DNA of 64,000 nucleotides, taken from the NCBI GenBank assembly GCA_035221665.1, contig CM069155.1, positions 29,450,001 to 29,514,000 on the forward strand. The letters are read 5' to 3'. Below are positions 63,535 to 64,000 of the stretch, piece by piece. The position numbers and the translations under genes are program-made. This DNA comes from Okamejei kenojei. Taxonomy: Eukaryota. Every line of letters starts with the position of its first letter. The first letter of the stretch is position 1. Below the pieces are notes generated by a model. That model worked only from the letters and a program-made list of their open reading frames with translations, was not told the DNA's origin and ran no database searches.

Positions 63535-63857
63535 ATCCTCGGGCACCGATCGTGACGGTCCTCCCGCCTTCAGCCGATGAAGTTACCTCAAAGGGCACCG
63601 CCACCCTGGTGTGCTTAGTGAACGGCTTTAATCCGGGCTCGGTGGCCGTTGAGTGGAGCGTTGACGGCGGTGCAAAAAATAGCGGCGTTGAGACCAGCCC
63701 GATCCAGCAGGATAAGGACAACACGTTCAGTCTCAGCAGTTACCTTACTCTGACAGCCTCAGACTGGAACTTACACGATCTTTACTCCTGTGTGGTTAAA
63801 CACCAGACTCAGTCAAACCCGCTGAAGACAACTATCATGAGATCCAGCTGTATCTGA
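63535..63857 (+). CDS. IGL: IgL cluster 3 lambda-like constant exon (intact)
   Basis: Acceptor AAACAG ends at 63534, in phase with J. Reads DPRAPIVTVLPPS...RSSCI*. Confidence 0.95.
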
Positions 63858-64000
63858 TGTTTGAAGCGTGAGCTGACTCCCCAAAGTTAGTTAATCACCA
63901 TTGGGTTCTTTCATGTGACAAAGTTAGTCTTTGTCTTATGGAATTTTCATAAAGAAATGCCATTATAGTTGAAACCTTGATTTTTTTGACTTATTCGCTT

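Larger units (their letters stand above)
1..64000 (+). repeat. Tandem segmental duplication: three direct copies of an IgL-containing unit
   Basis: Collinear unique and repeat sequence around each cluster, for example 2370-2700 ~ 41795-42340 ~ 57445-57990 and 30365-31230 ~ 51896-52780. Cluster spacing is 33.2 kb and 15.4 kb; the difference is due to TE insertions and deletions. Confidence 0.92.

Noticed and set aside
1-64000. Prokaryotic-type systems (CRISPR arrays, retrons, DGRs) suggested by the many RT ORFs and repeats
   Set aside because: The RT fragments are eukaryotic non-LTR retrotransposons and the genes have spliceosomal introns. No repeat-spacer array, rRNA or tRNA gene was seen.

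Overview
Vertebrate DNA, almost certainly from a cartilaginous fish and probably a skate or ray. This is inferred from the Ig cluster organisation and the repeat families. The window holds three tandem, same-strand immunoglobulin light-chain miniclusters (leader exon, VJ exon, C exon) at about 13.2-15.6 kb, 46.4-48.2 kb and 61.8-63.9 kb. In all three, V and J are already fused in frame in the germline, with no RSS between them and an 8-aa CDR3. The C domains are lambda (type II)-like. Clusters 2 and 3 are intact. Cluster 1 has a +1 A in the C exon that, if real, gives a V-only product with a short novel tail. Each cluster sits in a copy of a duplicated unit of roughly 15 kb or more, so the paralogues show empty versus filled sites for many insertions. 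These include a full-length Tx1-clade LINE inside a (TC)n microsatellite, two full-length CR1 LINEs head-to-head, and an IR/DR Tc1 transposon whose parts survive in different copies. There is also an L1 fragment with a ~220-bp target duplication, and Penelope-type sequences carrying minimal hammerhead-ribozyme cores, two of them short inserts with 13-bp TSDs. All alignments and counts were done by eye; no database searches were run.
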